Assembly (NCBI GenBank): GCA_951406725.2
Contig: OX597831.1
Coordinates: 42,408,001 to 42,472,000, forward strand
From: Octopus vulgaris
Taxonomy: Eukaryota
DNA length: 64,000 nt
Reading direction: 5' to 3'
Part shown: in pieces, positions 12,727 to 26,334 of the stretch
How the letters are laid out: every line of letters begins with the position of its first letter
Position numbering within the stretch: the stretch's first letter is position 1
Made by a program: the position numbers and the translations under genes
Notes under the pieces: generated by a model
Databases searched by the model: none
Seen by the model: the letters and a program-made list of their open reading frames with translations, nothing else
What the model was told of the DNA's origin: nothing

Positions 12727-14477
12727 GCACAAACATATATATATATATATATACATACACACGCACATATATTTTCTGTGATTACAAGTTATTGAAAGGT
12801 TGTGGAGGAGGAGTGCCTATGACATTTGTTGGTCCAGCCAGACTGGTGACATAAATAATGCAAATGATTGTTGAGTTTGAATATCTGTGGGTTGAACTAA
12901 AGTCAGTGGGGGTAAAATGTTGGTGACAAATGAATTGTTGAGCATTTCTTTTGGGAGGAGAGAGGGACAGGACCAGTGGACCTACATGATAAGAGTATAT
13001 ATACCATATTCATGTGTACATGAATTACAGGGGTTTGAATTGCTTCTGATTTTTTTGGGGGGTAGGGGGGCTTTTTCAGAAGCATGGTAATGCTCATGAT
13101 ACTTTTATTTTTAGGGCCTTTGAAAGTAGTGTAAGAGGGAAGTTATCCTTGCAACAGGGCCAGGTGGTTGAATTAAATGGGACAAAAGATTAGGTCTCGG
13201 ACCCAGGAACAGAATCAGTCTCTTCAGCAAGCCTCGACTTGAGGCTACAGTAAAAGACATTTATCCAAGGTGGAATCAAACATAAAACCATGTAGTTGGG
13301 AACTAAAATTCTTAACTACACCCATCATCATCTTCATTTGATGTTTGTTTTCCACGCTGGCATGGGTTGGGTGGCTTGACAGGAGCTGACCATCTGGAGA
13401 GCTGCACTAGGCTCTACTTAACTGTTTTGGCATGGTTTCTATGCATGGATGCCCTTGCCAGTCACTTTACAGAGTGTACTGGGTACTTTGTACATGGCTC
13501 TAGCATGGGTGCTTTGTATGTAGCACTGGCATGGGTGCATTTTATGTGGCACCATACATTTTAGAAGTGTTAAATGAAATAAAAGATGGAATTTTTCCCT
13601 AGTTACTAACACCAGTGCATTGTAAATAAATTTCCTACCAGGAAATGTGATAACTATCCCACCTCATCTCATCACATTGAGGGAAACAAAAACAGCTAGG
13701 GGGACCTGGAGCCATGTGGTAGTGATGTGAATTTCTTTATCACATAATCAATATCCTACAATAGAAATTGTGTCAAAGAAGGATATTTAAACATCAAAAG
13801 CTCTTGCATTGAGCTGTGTAAATTTGCAAGTATGAACAACCATCTTGAATGAAAAGAATGCACCTTAAAATGGTGATAAATATATGGATTTATTCCTATA
13901 TATATTATTGCTGTGAAATTTGGCTCACGTGGGTCCTTTCTGCACTTAGGGTTTTATTTGTACCTAAGCACATATGAGCTTGCTTTTTAATAACTATCCC
14001 TTGCTTACTGTCATCAGTAGTTTGAGCAGGAAAGTTGAGTGAATATCAATGACTTGTTAAGTCAGTTTGATCTTTATTTCTAAGCTTATTTGATTTTAAC
14101 CTTTGCTGTATTAATGTGTGAAAGTGCATGCCCTAATGATTAAGGCATTGCACTCGTGATGGCATGATTGTAGTTTTGATTCCCAGACCAGGCAGTGCAT
14201 TGTGTTCCTGAGCAAAAACACTTCATGTTGCTCTAGCCTACTCATCTATAAATGAGTAACACATCACAGGAGGAATTTTGTGATCTTTGTCACTTCTTTG
14301 CCATGGAAACTGGATAACCATTCCTATCAGTCCCAGGACTCAAGGCAGTAATGATCAGGGGTTGATGGTAACGATGATGATAATGATGTATTGATTCTCT
14401 AGTAAGTAATGGAAGCATAAATCTATTGATCCTCATTTCTGAGGTTATATAATCATAAACCATTCTGTATTGGTAAT

Positions 14478-14712
14478 TTAACCCTTTTGATACCAACTTG
14501 GCTGAAACCACTTCTAGCTCTGTAGTACAAATGTCTTGTTTTCAAAAGTTCTGAATTAAAATTTTTTCCCAAACCTTAGTCACAATTTATGTTTCTAACA
14601 CTAGCTTAATGATAATTAAGTTATTTTATTAAATTCTTTGTTATATTTAAAATTAATTGAAAGAAAGAAAGAGAGAGCATCTCAACAGAAATATGGTAAC
14701 AAAAGAGGGGGT
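14478..14712. mobile_element. piggyBac-type MITE, family M2
   Basis: TTAACCCTTTTGATACCAAC..ATGGTAACAAAAG. Confidence 0.7.
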
Positions 14713-15078
14713 TTACGGTGACATTTTCTGGGCTTATTAAAAGGATTCAATGGCAGTACTATAAGCTTGACAAAATGACTTCACCAAGTGAATTATAAAC
14801 TTCTCATCATACTTAATCCTTTTCATACCAACCTGGCTGAAACCGCCTCTGGCTCTGTAGTACAAATGTTAAAGTGTTGTATGTCCAAATTTTGCCAAAT
14901 ATTTTCAATGTTTATTTTTGCTTCCAATAGTTGGTTCTTTTGGTCAAACTACCGTATCTCCAGCTGCTTGTTAAAGTGTAGTACAACAATTTTGCTAGGG
15001 AGTAGTGAAATTATTTTTTTGTTTCCTGAAAATGCAATGTTTTGGACTTACGGCACTTTTGCATAATAGCAGCGAGAC

Positions 15079-15084
<6 letters not shown>

Positions 15085-15113
<29 letters not shown>

Positions 15114-15342
15114 GGTCTGTGTATTTGTATTTGTTTCCCCCATACACACCACCAGCACTTGACAACCAGTGTTGGTGTGTTTACATCCCCATAACTTAGT
15201 GGTTTGGCAAAGGAGACTGATAGAATAAGAACTAGGCTTAAAAAGCAAGTCCTGGGTTCGATTTGTTCAACTAAAATCCTTCAAAGTGGTGCTCCAGCAT
15301 GGCTGCAGTCAAGTGACTGAAACAAAGAAAAGAGTAAAAGAA
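15085..15342 (+). mobile_element. Family A SINE, 3' half
   Basis: CTTGACAACCAGTGTTGGTGTGTTTAC..GGTGCTCCAGCATGGCTGCAGTCAAGTGACTGAAACAA. Confidence 0.75.
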
Positions 15343-15344
15343 TA

Positions 15345-15750
15345 TATTTAACTCTTTAACTAGTTTTAGCTTGAGAGGTGTGGCCTTGCTGGGGCACTGC
15401 TGTTAGCTTTGTTACACTTTCATTACTTGAAACCTCTGATCTGTGACATTTGGCAAATGAGGGACTTTGGTGATGCTGCCTCCATCTGCATTTCCTACAA
15501 CAAGGTAGGTTCATCTGGAATTTTTGACAGGTGAAACTCCAGTTTTGTTTTGAAGATATCTAAATCCACTCCATGCAAGTTTCTCAGACTGTTTGGGAGG
15601 ATACTGAAGGGCTGTGGGCCCTTAAAACTCAAGCTGTTGCAGTATCTGGTCCTGTATCTTGATGATTATTTTGGGTTTTTCATACTATGCAGTCATGCTC
15701 CATTCTGCTGTTTGAGTAATTTCAATGCCAAAGTTTGGTACAGGATATAT
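15345..15750 (-). mobile_element. CR1/L2-group LINE 3' fragment (ORF2 C-terminus and tail), degenerate
   Basis: Manual minus-strand translation gives VPNFGIE..SSRYRTRYCNSLSFKGPQPFSILPNSLRNLHGVDLDIFKTKLEFHLSKIPDEP, matching the N.LP..L....FK..L post-RT motif of CR1/L2 ORF2. Confidence 0.7.
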
Positions 15751-15992
15751 ATATATATATATATGTTGGGCTACGTTGTTCAGAGTAGTCCTTAAGTTGG
15801 TTGTATCTAAGTACTTGAGGAAATATAGCTGCTGTTTCATGTATAGTGGACTAAACTCCCACTCCCACCTCATTGTATAGAATCTCTCTCTCTCTCTACT
15901 CATGTTTTCCTGATAAGCATCATCATCATACATCTGCCATCATCTCCTCTCCTCACACACACACCACACACTTCCTATGAGAAGTCCTAAAC

Positions 15993-16055
<63 letters not shown>

Positions 16056-16159
16056 ATGTTTGTCTATATCTGTTTATCTGTCTGTCCATCTATCTGAGAG
16101 AGAGAGTTCGATAAAATGATATGTTTGTTTGTGTTTGTGTATGTGTGTGTGTGTGCGTC

Positions 16160-16415
16160 TATCATCATCATTGTTGCTTAACGTCTGCTTTCCATGCTGG
16201 CATGCATTGGATGGTTTGATTGAGGGCTGGCAAGCCAGAAGGCTGCACCAGGCTCCAATCTGATCTGGTAAAGTTTCTACAGCAGGTTACCCTTCCTAAC
16301 ATCAACCACTGCTAGAGTGTAGTGCATGCTTTTTATGTGCCACCGGCATGAGAGCTAGTCAGGCGGCACTGGCAATGACCACACTCGAATGGGGCTTTCT
16401 ATGTGCCACAGGCGC
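16160..16415 (-). mobile_element. RTE-tailed repeat (family D)
   Basis: TTAACGTCTGCTTTCCATGCTGGCATG..GCTGCACCAGGCTCCAATCTGATCTGG. Confidence 0.75.
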
Positions 16416-16859
16416 GATATATATATATATATATAAATGTATGTATGTTTGACTATATCTATCTGTCTAATCTATCTGCATACATACATACACACACAGT
16501 GTAGATACCCTATAAAATTGTGCTGTGAGGTGGAGAGTGAACATCTAGGCTTTAATAAATGTGATTTCTACCTGCTTGTTGCATAATTGACAATGTTGCC
16601 AACCTAACCAGCCATAACATCATCTATCAATATAGAACATGGAAAGTTTTGTGTGTTCTGATGATGTCCATTGTCATCAACATGATCGTAATTATGATGA
16701 CGATGATTCTGTCTGGCTTTTTCACTCCTTTGTTTTATATAAACTGCTGCTGTTGTTGTTGTTGTTGTTGTCAAATAGCCTTTGTTGGCTTTGATTATCA
16801 AGCAGATCTTCAGCGGACGTTGCACATTCCTAGCTTCAGTTAGGTTTTGAGATAATGCT

Positions 16860-17450
16860 GGTCAACTACTGTCACGCTGTGCTCTACAGTTACAACCACT
16901 ACATCTTCATATTATTACTGCTGCTACTACTACTACTATACTATTACTGCTGTCGCCAGCACTGTCACCACAACATTATAGTTTATAGTGCTACCATACT
17001 TTTGTGGTTATTACCACAATACTATTACTACTCATAGGTACTACCACCACCACCACCATCACCATTATATCACACTAGTTATGTTTCCACTACCGTCACT
17101 ACCACACCTGACCACCAATACCAACACCGCTTCTACATCTTGCCAGCCACTACCCATCATTTTCACTAGTATTATCAACATGCATGACCACCACCACACC
17201 GATACAGTGACTGCTACCACACTTAAATGAATACTACTATCAACACAACACTTTTAAAGTGACCAACACCCACCACAGCAGATGTATACTGCTCTGTCAC
17301 ACTTTTACAATTACAACGCTACTACCATCATCATCATCACCACCACCACACCTACGTGGTCACATCTATGGCTACCATATTGCTGTTTACAATGGTTCGA
17401 TTTTAGCACAACCATCCAGTTAACCACTCACAAATGCTTACTACCATCCA
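16860..17450. repeat. Degenerate (CAC/TAC/CAT)n low-complexity tract
   Basis: Runs of CAC, TAC and CAT triplets; His/Thr-rich pseudo-ORFs. Confidence 0.8.
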
Positions 17451-17585
17451 CTGACTTATTTTATTTTCTCTCCTTGTAGAAGACTTTACTGAATCTGATG
17501 TCAAATGTCTGACACAGAAAAGCTGCAGGGTCCAGACAAAAACTATTTTGTCATTGTCATTCTCTCTCTGCCTTTATAGATTAGT

Positions 17586-17908
17586 GCAGGTATGTGGCTT
17601 AGCGGTTAGGCTCTTTTGCTCACAATCATAAGGTTGTGAGTTCATTTCCCTGGTGGTGCACTGACTCCTTGAACAAGACACTTTACTTCGTGTTGCTCCA
17701 GTCCACTCAGCTGTAGCCAAAATGAGTTGTACCAGTAGTTCAATGGGCCAGCTATGTTACATTCTGTGTCATACTGATTCTCCCTAAGAACTATGTGAAG
17801 AGTACACGTGTCTGTGGAGTGTTCAGTCACTTTCACATTAATTTCACAAGCTGGCTGTACTGTTGATCAGATCAACTAGAACCTTTGTTGTAACTGACAG
17901 AATGCCAG
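17586..17908 (+). mobile_element. tRNA-derived SINE, family C
   Basis: TGGCTTAGCGG (A box), GAGTTCATTTCC (B-box-like), TCCTTGAACAAGACACTT core. Copies at 14130-14340, 21643-21885, 42494-42800, 43422-43650 and 44099-44300. Confidence 0.75.
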
Positions 17909-18234
17909 TTTTTTTTTTTGTTTTGTTTTTATGTAATAGATTATTATTATCATCACCATCATCATCATTATTATTATATACTTGACTTTTGCTTCGTATT
18001 TGTACAAGTTCACTCCAAGTCTCACTCAGAGACCTCAAAAGACAACAAGTTAGAAGCTCAAGTTGGTATTATAACTAGGGTGCCATGTATTTGGTTTTGC
18101 ACACAGTATTGTTCTAGAGGATGTTTAAGAAAACAAGAAAATTATAAGTTTGTTTTAAAATTTGAGATTACATAGACAGTATTTTACCTAGGATATGGGC
18201 AGTTCCCATGAGCACTTTTATTATTATTATTGCT

Positions 18235-18950
18235 ATTGATTGCTTGTCATAATGCTCAAAAAGTCTTCAGAATTCCATTCAAGTTTCAATTTTTGCCACT
18301 TTCTTCTCATAAGAATGAATGACTGGAGTGTGCCTATTCTCATAGCTGGATGTTGGGGGGTCTCTGACATAAACACCACTGTTTGCCTCATCTCATTGTG
18401 ATCTTGTGTGACAACCATACACTCTGCCAGGGTCTTCTCTATTAATTTCTTAACGTTGTCTCACCCATCTTCATTTTTGTCACATGCAAGCCAGTTCCTA
18501 GGGATGTGGCCACTGATTCTGAACCCTGATATAATGTGTCCAAAAATATTACTGTTTTCACTGTCTGACTTTTATCACCAACTTTTGTTCTACTCCCTGC
18601 TCTGCCAGAACTGAATCCGTTCTACAGGCCGCTCAACTGATACACTGTGCTGCCTTCAATGCCCTCTGTTGCTTGGCATCAGTTGTTTGTGGACTGAAAG
18701 AACAGAGCGTTGTGACATCTTGTTTCCCTTAGAGGAGTATGAAAACTGAACTGAACTGGTTTCAAACTGAACTGGTTTACTAGTAATAGGATCCATGCTT
18801 CATACCCTTACAATGCTACTGGCCAGACCAATGTATTTGGAAGTTTTAGCTTGATGCCTTTGTTGAAGGCACAGTTTCTCTATACTGTAGTGAATGGCCT
18901 CAGAGCTGATCTTCCTGTACCAAGTTTTGCTTTGATTTCCTGAATAATAG
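18235..18950 (-). mobile_element. RTE-clade LINE fragment, heavily decayed
   Basis: Minus strand of 18950-18780 translates to IQEIKAKLGTGRSALRPFTTV*RNCAFNKGIKLKLPNTLVWPVAL*GYEAWIL (RTE post-RT motif EI..RI..A......W..LVWPV.LYG.E.W). Extension down to 18235 is uncertain. Confidence 0.6.
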
Positions 18951-19172
18951 CTTCAAATGTTGGCAACAAGCTTAGCTGTTTTTGAGGGCGGGGGTGGGGT
19001 GGGGGTGGCAGTCGATCACATCAACCCTTGTACTTGATTAGTACTTTTTCTATCAATTTTGCAAAGATGAAAGGCAAAGTTGACTCAACAGAATTTGAGC
19101 TTAGAATGTGAAGACAGACAAAACACCACTAAGCATTTTGTCCACATGCTAACAGTTCTTACAGCTCACCAT
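18950..19172 (-). mobile_element. Family B SINE, minus-strand copy
   Basis: GATGAAAGGCAAAGTTGAC..GAATTTGAGCTTAGAATG..ACTAAGCATTTTGTCC is the reverse complement of the family B core. Confidence 0.7.
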
Positions 19173-19579
19173 CTTTGAATTACTAATGATGAAAATGCTA
19201 AAGAATTACTAAACAATATGCACAAAAAATTATTAACAACAGAGCTAAAATGAAATCTGCTACTACCTCTTGTAAACAGTGTTGTTTTGTTGCTAAGCTA
19301 CCCAGATACTGCTGGCTTTCATCACTTTGGTCTTGCATGATAACTGCCAAGTACTTCAGTATACTTTGCAATCATCTTACAGTAAAAACAGGTGCGATTC
19401 CAACTATGGAAGAATGTCTAATAGTTGCTCTGCCAACCATTACAGACTATTAAGACTATTAGGTTTTGTGTTGAAATTCTGCTGAGATCAACTTTGTCTT
19501 TCATCCTTCCTGTCAAGCACCATTTTTGCAAAGTCTCTGAATTTGTAAAATATGTGACAGTCACCTTATTTAGAGTGAT

Positions 19580-19803
19580 GGATAATGAGGCATTTAAACT
19601 GATCATATCTGGCCCAAATACTGGACCTGTTTTATGTTCAGACCATACAGATCTGGCCTCTCACATGTACCTTACAATGTCATTCTAAAAATTCTCAATA
19701 ACATCATCAAAATCTTTACGCTATGAGATAATGCATGATTAATTGAAAATTATATGAATAAATGAGTATTACATTTGACAAAGTAATCTGCTAAAGGTTT
19801 AAC
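19580..19803. mobile_element. piggyBac-type MITE, family M1 (reverse orientation)
   Basis: Reverse complement of the 1929-2158 body. Confidence 0.65.
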
Positions 19804-21642
19804 AAGTATAACTATAATAACAATTACAGAAGTGGGAAACCCCACCACCAGCCCTTAAACTTCAATCTTACCTCTTTCTTCATACTATGCTTTCTTGCCA
19901 GTCTATCTACCCTGCTTGATAAATTATTAATTATCTTAAATATTGATTTCTGACAAAAGGTGTGATGTCTCAAATTTAAAGCAAACCTGAACTGGGATTA
20001 TGTGACATTCTTGTTTTTGTTGCCTGTCTTCAGATTACTCCTGACTGAGTGTAGAACTAAAATGAAAGACATTGCAACTTTTTCACATCCTTGTCTTGAA
20101 TATTGCATATCTAGGACTTCATTATCCAATGTGTCATTCCCTTTTTAAGAAAGTAAAGTGTATAATCTACAGGGGATTTGGCTGCTATTTCTAGTAGATT
20201 GAATTATCACATGGTGGAGTTCTCATTGCCTTGTGTAAAGTGAAATGGCTATAACTTGAAGTAAACCTGACTTGATGTCCAACTAACCTGGAGCTTGTCT
20301 TCTGCTTCATGGCACTTGTCCCATTCTTTATCCTCTGTCTATAAAAGGTCTCTAGGCTTATTATGTCATACTCTGTCCATTTGCTGAACATTTTATTCTA
20401 CCTTATTCATGCAGCTGTTTTTAGTTGCTTTCGTAGCATATAAAAATGTTTTGAGTTATTTGTGGAGAATTAAGTGACATCTTGTTTCCTTTGGAGGAGC
20501 ATGAAAGTGGTTTCACATCAAGCTGGTTTACTAGCAATATGGTCAGGAAAGCTTGTTCCCATTGCTGTTGTGATGAGCACCTGCACAAGGAGCTTTATTT
20601 CTCTACTTGTTTAAGACAACAGAACCAGCTTTTAATTACAATTCACTGTCAAGTGGTTGTTTGCCAGTAGAAATCGGCATCCAGCTGATGAAATAGGAGA
20701 GGTTAAACACAGAAACCAAAACCAAGAACAAAAAAAAAAATACAAATAACAACTCCAGTATTATTTGTGAAAATTTCCCAAATTTGCCTGAAGGTCATTC
20801 TATTCATAAACTAACATAGTAACACTGATGTGGAAAATAGCAAATGTAATTAAAAATAAATAAAAACCAATACCCCCCTCTCTCTCTCTCTTTCTCTACA
20901 GCAGCTGTTAATTCAGTTATCAATAGTTTTCTTGTGAATTTTTTGTAAAAAGAACTTGTATGGCATCAGAGTTCTTATAAGGATTTCAGAATGTCAATAT
21001 TTCTTTTTCTTCTTTTACAATTTAAAAAAAAAATTTTTTTGTTCCTAAATTTTTCATTTTGGCTTTATCTGAAATGGAAGCACATTACTCATAGCCTTTG
21101 TAGATTCCCTGGGACAGGTGGGGAAGAGGGAAGATTTTACACTGATTTGTTGAGAGCAGATGTTGTTGGGCACCCCCTGCATTACAGTAGCACATCTTCC
21201 TCCTGATTATTTCAGCCTGCACAGTTCCTCTGAGGATGCTCTTTGCTGAGTGTCTGAGGCAACTGGTACATTCGCTATGAAAAAATTAGATTGCTCAGAG
21301 CAGCCCCTGCTAGCTTGTATAGGAAAAGCATAGAATGATAGATTGTAACAGAGCAAACTCTGCTAAAGATAGCCATGGTCTAGGTAGTAGTGGTGTTAAA
21401 CCAGGCAAAAAATTAAGCCTACACATCCAAGAACAGTTAGGGTCTAAACTACAGACCTTCACAATGTTTCCATCTATCTTATTTTACTGCCCAAGTTCTA
21501 GCTCAGACACTGGCGCAAGGTGCTGCATAGCTGGATTGAACCTGGATCCACTTGATTGTAAAATGTACTTTGCCAGTCCTCCCTGATGCATTTCCACTCA
21601 CTTTTCTAAAATGTGAGTTGTCATTTAGCTACTTTACCAGAG

Positions 21643-21885
21643 TGGAGGCATGTGGTTTAGTGGTTAGGGTACTGGACTCATGATCGTAAGATTGTGGTTT
21701 CGATTCCTGGACTAGGCAACACATTGTGTTCTTAAGCAAAACACTTTGTTTCATGTTGCTTCTGTCCACTCATCTGGCAAAAATTAGTATTCCTGCGGTG
21801 GACCAGCATCCCGTCCAATGGAAAATATGTAAGTCTTGTAAACCAGGAAACCAGCCCTTGTGAGTTGTCATGACTCGAGAAGGTA
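21643..21885 (+). mobile_element. tRNA-derived SINE, family C
   Basis: TGGTTTAGTGG..GGTTTCGATTCC..TGTGTTCTTAAGCAAAACACTT. Confidence 0.7.
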
Positions 21886-22769
21886 ATTTTTCTTTTTTTA
21901 CTTTATTTTACTAGAAGAAATCAGTTCTACCTGGGCCTCTTATTTCATACTTTTACTCCTCATCTCCTTTCACAAAGCTGTTCCCTTGGGGTTTCTAGTC
22001 TTGAAAACTGCTTAATGACATCACTAGTGCTAGTGGCACAAAAAAAAAAAAAAGAAAGAAAGCACCCAGTACATGCTGTAAAGTGGTTGACTTTAGGAAG
22101 CACATCCAGGCATAGAAAGCATGCCAAATCAGACACTGGAGCACAGTGCAGTCCGTGAGTCTGTCAAATCCTCTCAAACCATCAGGCCCATGCCAGCATG
22201 GAACATGGATGTTAAATGATGAGGATAACTTTCCAACCACATGGCTAACTGCCTGATCTATTTTCATCTGTTTTTAACATAGAAAGCACAAGTAAGTGCC
22301 AGCAGTGAAAAATTCAGATTATTTTAGTATCAGTCATCCTATCATGTTTGGTTTTTGATTCCATTTTGATCGTCTTGTAGCATGTGTTGGTCATGTCAGA
22401 TTAGTTCTTTGGAAAATAGAGGATATATTCAATTATTCTTTAAATAACTAAATTTAGAAACACCAATTTGAGGAACTCACCTCACTCTTTCATTGTCTGT
22501 CTGTCTTCCTTTTCCTTTTTGTTTTCTGTTTTCTTTGTGTTTTTGTTTGTATGTATGTTACTGTCTGTCTTTGTCTTTATAATCTTTCTTTGTGTCTCTT
22601 TCTTTCATTTTCATTCCTTCTTGTCCACCCCCCTGTGTTTTTTTTCTCTAACATTTGAAAATTTCCAATAGCTGTTTTCCTGCTCTGTCATTTTAATTCA
22701 TTTTATTTGTTTATATTTATTTTGTTTTATTTTATTTTATTTATTTATCTAATTTATTATTATCATTAT

Positions 22770-23212
22770 TGCGGGAAGCTGGCAGAATTGTCAGCACATT
22801 GGACAAAACGTTCAGCTGCATTTCCTCCAGCTCTTTTATGTTCTGAGTTCAAATTCTGGCAAGGTCAACTTTGCTTTCCATTCTTTGAGGGTCAATAGAA
22901 TCAGTTAAAGTTGAGCACTGGGGTTGATGCGATTGACTAAACCTCCTCCTACAAATATCAGGCCTAGTGTTTATATCAGAAATAATTATTATTTAGGCAT
23001 TGAACCAGCAGAATCGTTTGTGTGTCAAACAGAATGCTTAACTGCATTTCCTCTGGACCTCTATGCTCTGAGTTCAAATACTGGCAAGACCAGCTTTACT
23101 TTTCATCCTTTCAAGATTGATGGAATAAAGCACCACTCAAACACTAGGGTCCATATAACTGACTTGTGCCCTTTCTCCTTAAATTTGCTGGCCATGTGCC
23201 AAAATTTGAATA

Positions 23213-23254
<42 letters not shown>

Positions 23255-23730
23255 GGTGGCAAACTGGCAGAATCGTTAGCAGGCTAGGTAAATGCTTAGC
23301 AGTATTTCGTCTGCTGCTACGTTCTGAGTTCAAATTCCATCGAGGTCAACTTTGCCTTTCATCCTTTCAGGATTGATTAAATAAGTACCAGTTATGCACT
23401 GGGGGGTCGATGTAATCGACTTAATCCCTTCCCCTAAATTTGAGGCCTTGTGCTTCCAGTAGAAAGTATTGTTATTATCATTTTTATTAAGACGGTGAGC
23501 AGGCAGAACTGTTAGCACACCAGGCAAAATGCTTAGCGGTATTTCATCTACCACTATGTTCTGAGTTCAAGTTCTGCTGAGGTTGACTTTGCCTTTCATC
23601 CTTTTGAGGGGATCAATAAAATAAGGACCAGTTGAGCACTGGGGTTGATGTAATCAACTTACCCTTCCCCTGAAATTGCTGGCCTTGTGTCAGTGTTTGA
23701 AATCATTATTATTATGATTATTATTATTAT
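22770..23730 (+). mobile_element. Head-to-tail chain of 4 family B SINEs joined by (ATT)n
   Basis: Unit ~215 bp: GG..GAGCTGGCAGAATCGTTAGC..TTCTGAGTTCAAATTC..GGTCGACTTTGCCTTTCATCCTTT..AAGTACCAGT..GGCCTTGTGCC..(ATT)n, starting near 22771, 22995, 23254 and 23490. Confidence 0.85.
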
Positions 23731-24043
23731 CACTATATTTTAAACATATAACGTAGCATTCTTTCTTTACCTTTTCACACTTCCTCTCTCTCTCTCTCTC
23801 AACAATCTCTCACATTCATTCATACACACATACACACGCATATAAGCATAGCCCCCATACACCTACATATAAATATTAGCAACAACAACAATGGCAACAA
23901 CAACAATGATAATAATGATGATGTATGCTCTCTCTCTCTCTTTCTCTCTCTCTTACTATGATTACCTTGCTGTTAAATCCTGTTTGTGGCTTGAACCTTC
24001 AATATTTTTTGCCCATGTTATGCTTTCTTTCTGTTTGCTGCAG

Positions 24044-24120
24044 GATGCTCTCCCGACCCACAGGGGATGATGGACACACAATCAGACAAAAAGCGAAGTG
24101 ACCTTCCCAGATACCCTTAA
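24044..24120 (+). CDS. Candidate terminal coding exon (phase-1 reading xCSPDPQGMMDTQSDKKRSDLPRYP*) followed by 3'UTR-like sequence; product unknown
   Basis: Good acceptor TGCTTTCTTTCTGTTTGCTGCAG|G; unique, GC- and CpG-richer sequence; all three frames stop within 77 nt; AATAAA at 24860-24865. Frame not established. Confidence 0.35.
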
Positions 24121-24525
24121 CTGCTGCTGCCGCCGCTGCTGCTCTTTGTGGCTGCTACAGACAGCTGTACGCGGGAGTAACAATCTGAAAGTTCAAACCA
24201 ACAACACTTCATTCATTTCCTGCATGCCAAATATAAATAGTTGCATAACTTAATGAATGTTGTTATTATTATTATTATTATTATCATTATTATCATTATT
24301 ATTATTAATATTATAAACATTATTATTATAATTATTATTACTTTTGATAATTTTTTCCAATTAATTCTTCCCCACTCCTTCTGCCATTCCCATGCACACA
24401 CTTATCTTTATTACATCTTTTATAAAGTAATATCTTCAATATATGTGTGTGTGTGTGTGCGTATGTGTACACATAAACAGATACACACATGAATATATAT
24501 ATATATATGTATATATATATTTATA

Positions 24526-24568
<43 letters not shown>

Positions 24569-26334
24569 GTTCGTTATGTTAAGATTGGAATACTTTAATT
24601 TGCCCCTATTCTAACAACACCCACTATGGTTTCCACACCCTTACTATCTCTCTCACACCCTCATGTACATGAGCACTCACTTCCATGCATATATATATAC
24701 ATACATATATATATGTGTGTGTGTATATATATATATATCTTAAGAAAAAGAAATATTTCTTTTATTTTCTTTTTGAGCCAACCAAAGCATGTATTTGTCC
24801 TCTTTCACTTTAACTGAAATTTTAATTTGTTACTTTGTTTTTAAATAAGTATTTCAAGAAATAAAATAATTTAAAAAAAAAAAAAGGTAACCAAATTCCT
24901 CCTCCCCCTTCTGGTACACCATCGAACACTACAATCTCTGAAGCACATCCTTTTTACAAACTTCCTTTTCTTTATCTTTTTTCTATTTTGTCTGTTTATT
25001 TTCCTTCATTTTCTCATGACATTCTCACCCTCATATATATGTGTGTGTGTATGTGTATGTATTTATGCATTTGTGTCTGTGTATATGTTTGTGTAAATTA
25101 AATGTAATTTGAAAGAAAATATCTCATTATGGATCTTCTTCAATGTGCATAGAATCCTCATGTCTCCTGTTGATTGTTGCAGACATGCTTTATAACTACT
25201 AAAAATCTCAAGCTAATTTTTATGTTAAAATGGGCACATACAAGTTAGGCATTAATCTACAACGATCTGACAAAATATACACAACATATCTCATGCTTGG
25301 TTGGGCTGGTGTATGAAATGAGAGTGCTCCAGATGTCATCTACACTGAATTATAAAGAGATCTGGTGAAATCTGGACCATCAAGAAAATGGTGATGGTCT
25401 GTGGTGGTAACATAATTAGTTCATAGCAGAATTCAGTAACCTCTATTGCTGTGAGGAATGTAGAGTCTATCATTTCCAGCATTCTGCTTTGTTTGACAGT
25501 GAGGAACAAAGAAAAAGTCATCACTTGTCTTCAGTCCAAGCGCCGAAATTTCTTCTTCTCCATTTCTTACTGTCACATGAAAGGTAAGACATGGAATGAT
25601 AGTTAGGTTCAACCCTCCTTATAACAACTGAACTTGCCTAACTCTCCTATAAAAAAAATACATTTGAGATTTATTAAATTTTTTCTCAATTATTAACCAA
25701 TAAAAAAGTAGTGTAGAGACAATATTAAAATTTTTCTCATCCATTTGAGATGTATTTGTATATAAATTTTTAATGGTAAATTTTGAACTAACTGCTGCTA
25801 AATGCTTATCAATGTTAAAGCTATTAATAATAAACATAATTAATGATAAATGCAATTAATGATAAATGCAGTTAATGAATAATGCTATTAAATGTTAAAA
25901 GCTATTGATGTTTAAAGAATATTATTATTATATGAAATAAAATTATTCAGTATATACTGCTGGAAAACCTAGCTTGAAAAACTATAACTTACTACAGTAA
26001 AAAATAAGCATAATGGAAGAATGTGTCTGCAATGTAGGAAGAATTGGCTTTAATGCAAAGGGAAAAAATTGTAACGTAAGAATTATATCTGCAGCATATT
26101 AAAAGAGTGGATTAGGGTGGGAGGGTGGAGCAAACTCTGATATAAGTACTTGATTTAATTACTTAATAAGAAAGCAGGAATTAGTCTGAGGCTGGTGGAA
26201 GTGGCATTTTCCTTAGCATGTAGTGGTTGTTAGTAGATTCATATTTTCAGCAAAAAACAAATGAAAAGTTGAATTTCTTATTAAAGAAGATGTACCTTAT
26301 ACATTTATTATTATTATTACCATTATTATTATTA

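Noticed and set aside
13185-13250. Minus-strand CTGAAGAGAC..GGTCCGAGAC as another hammerhead
   Set aside because: No GAAA box, stem II is out of register, and stem I is not convincing.
22770-23730. SINE chains as a repeat-spacer immune-type array
   Set aside because: The units are ~215-bp SINE bodies and the linkers are simple (ATT)n, not acquired unique sequences.
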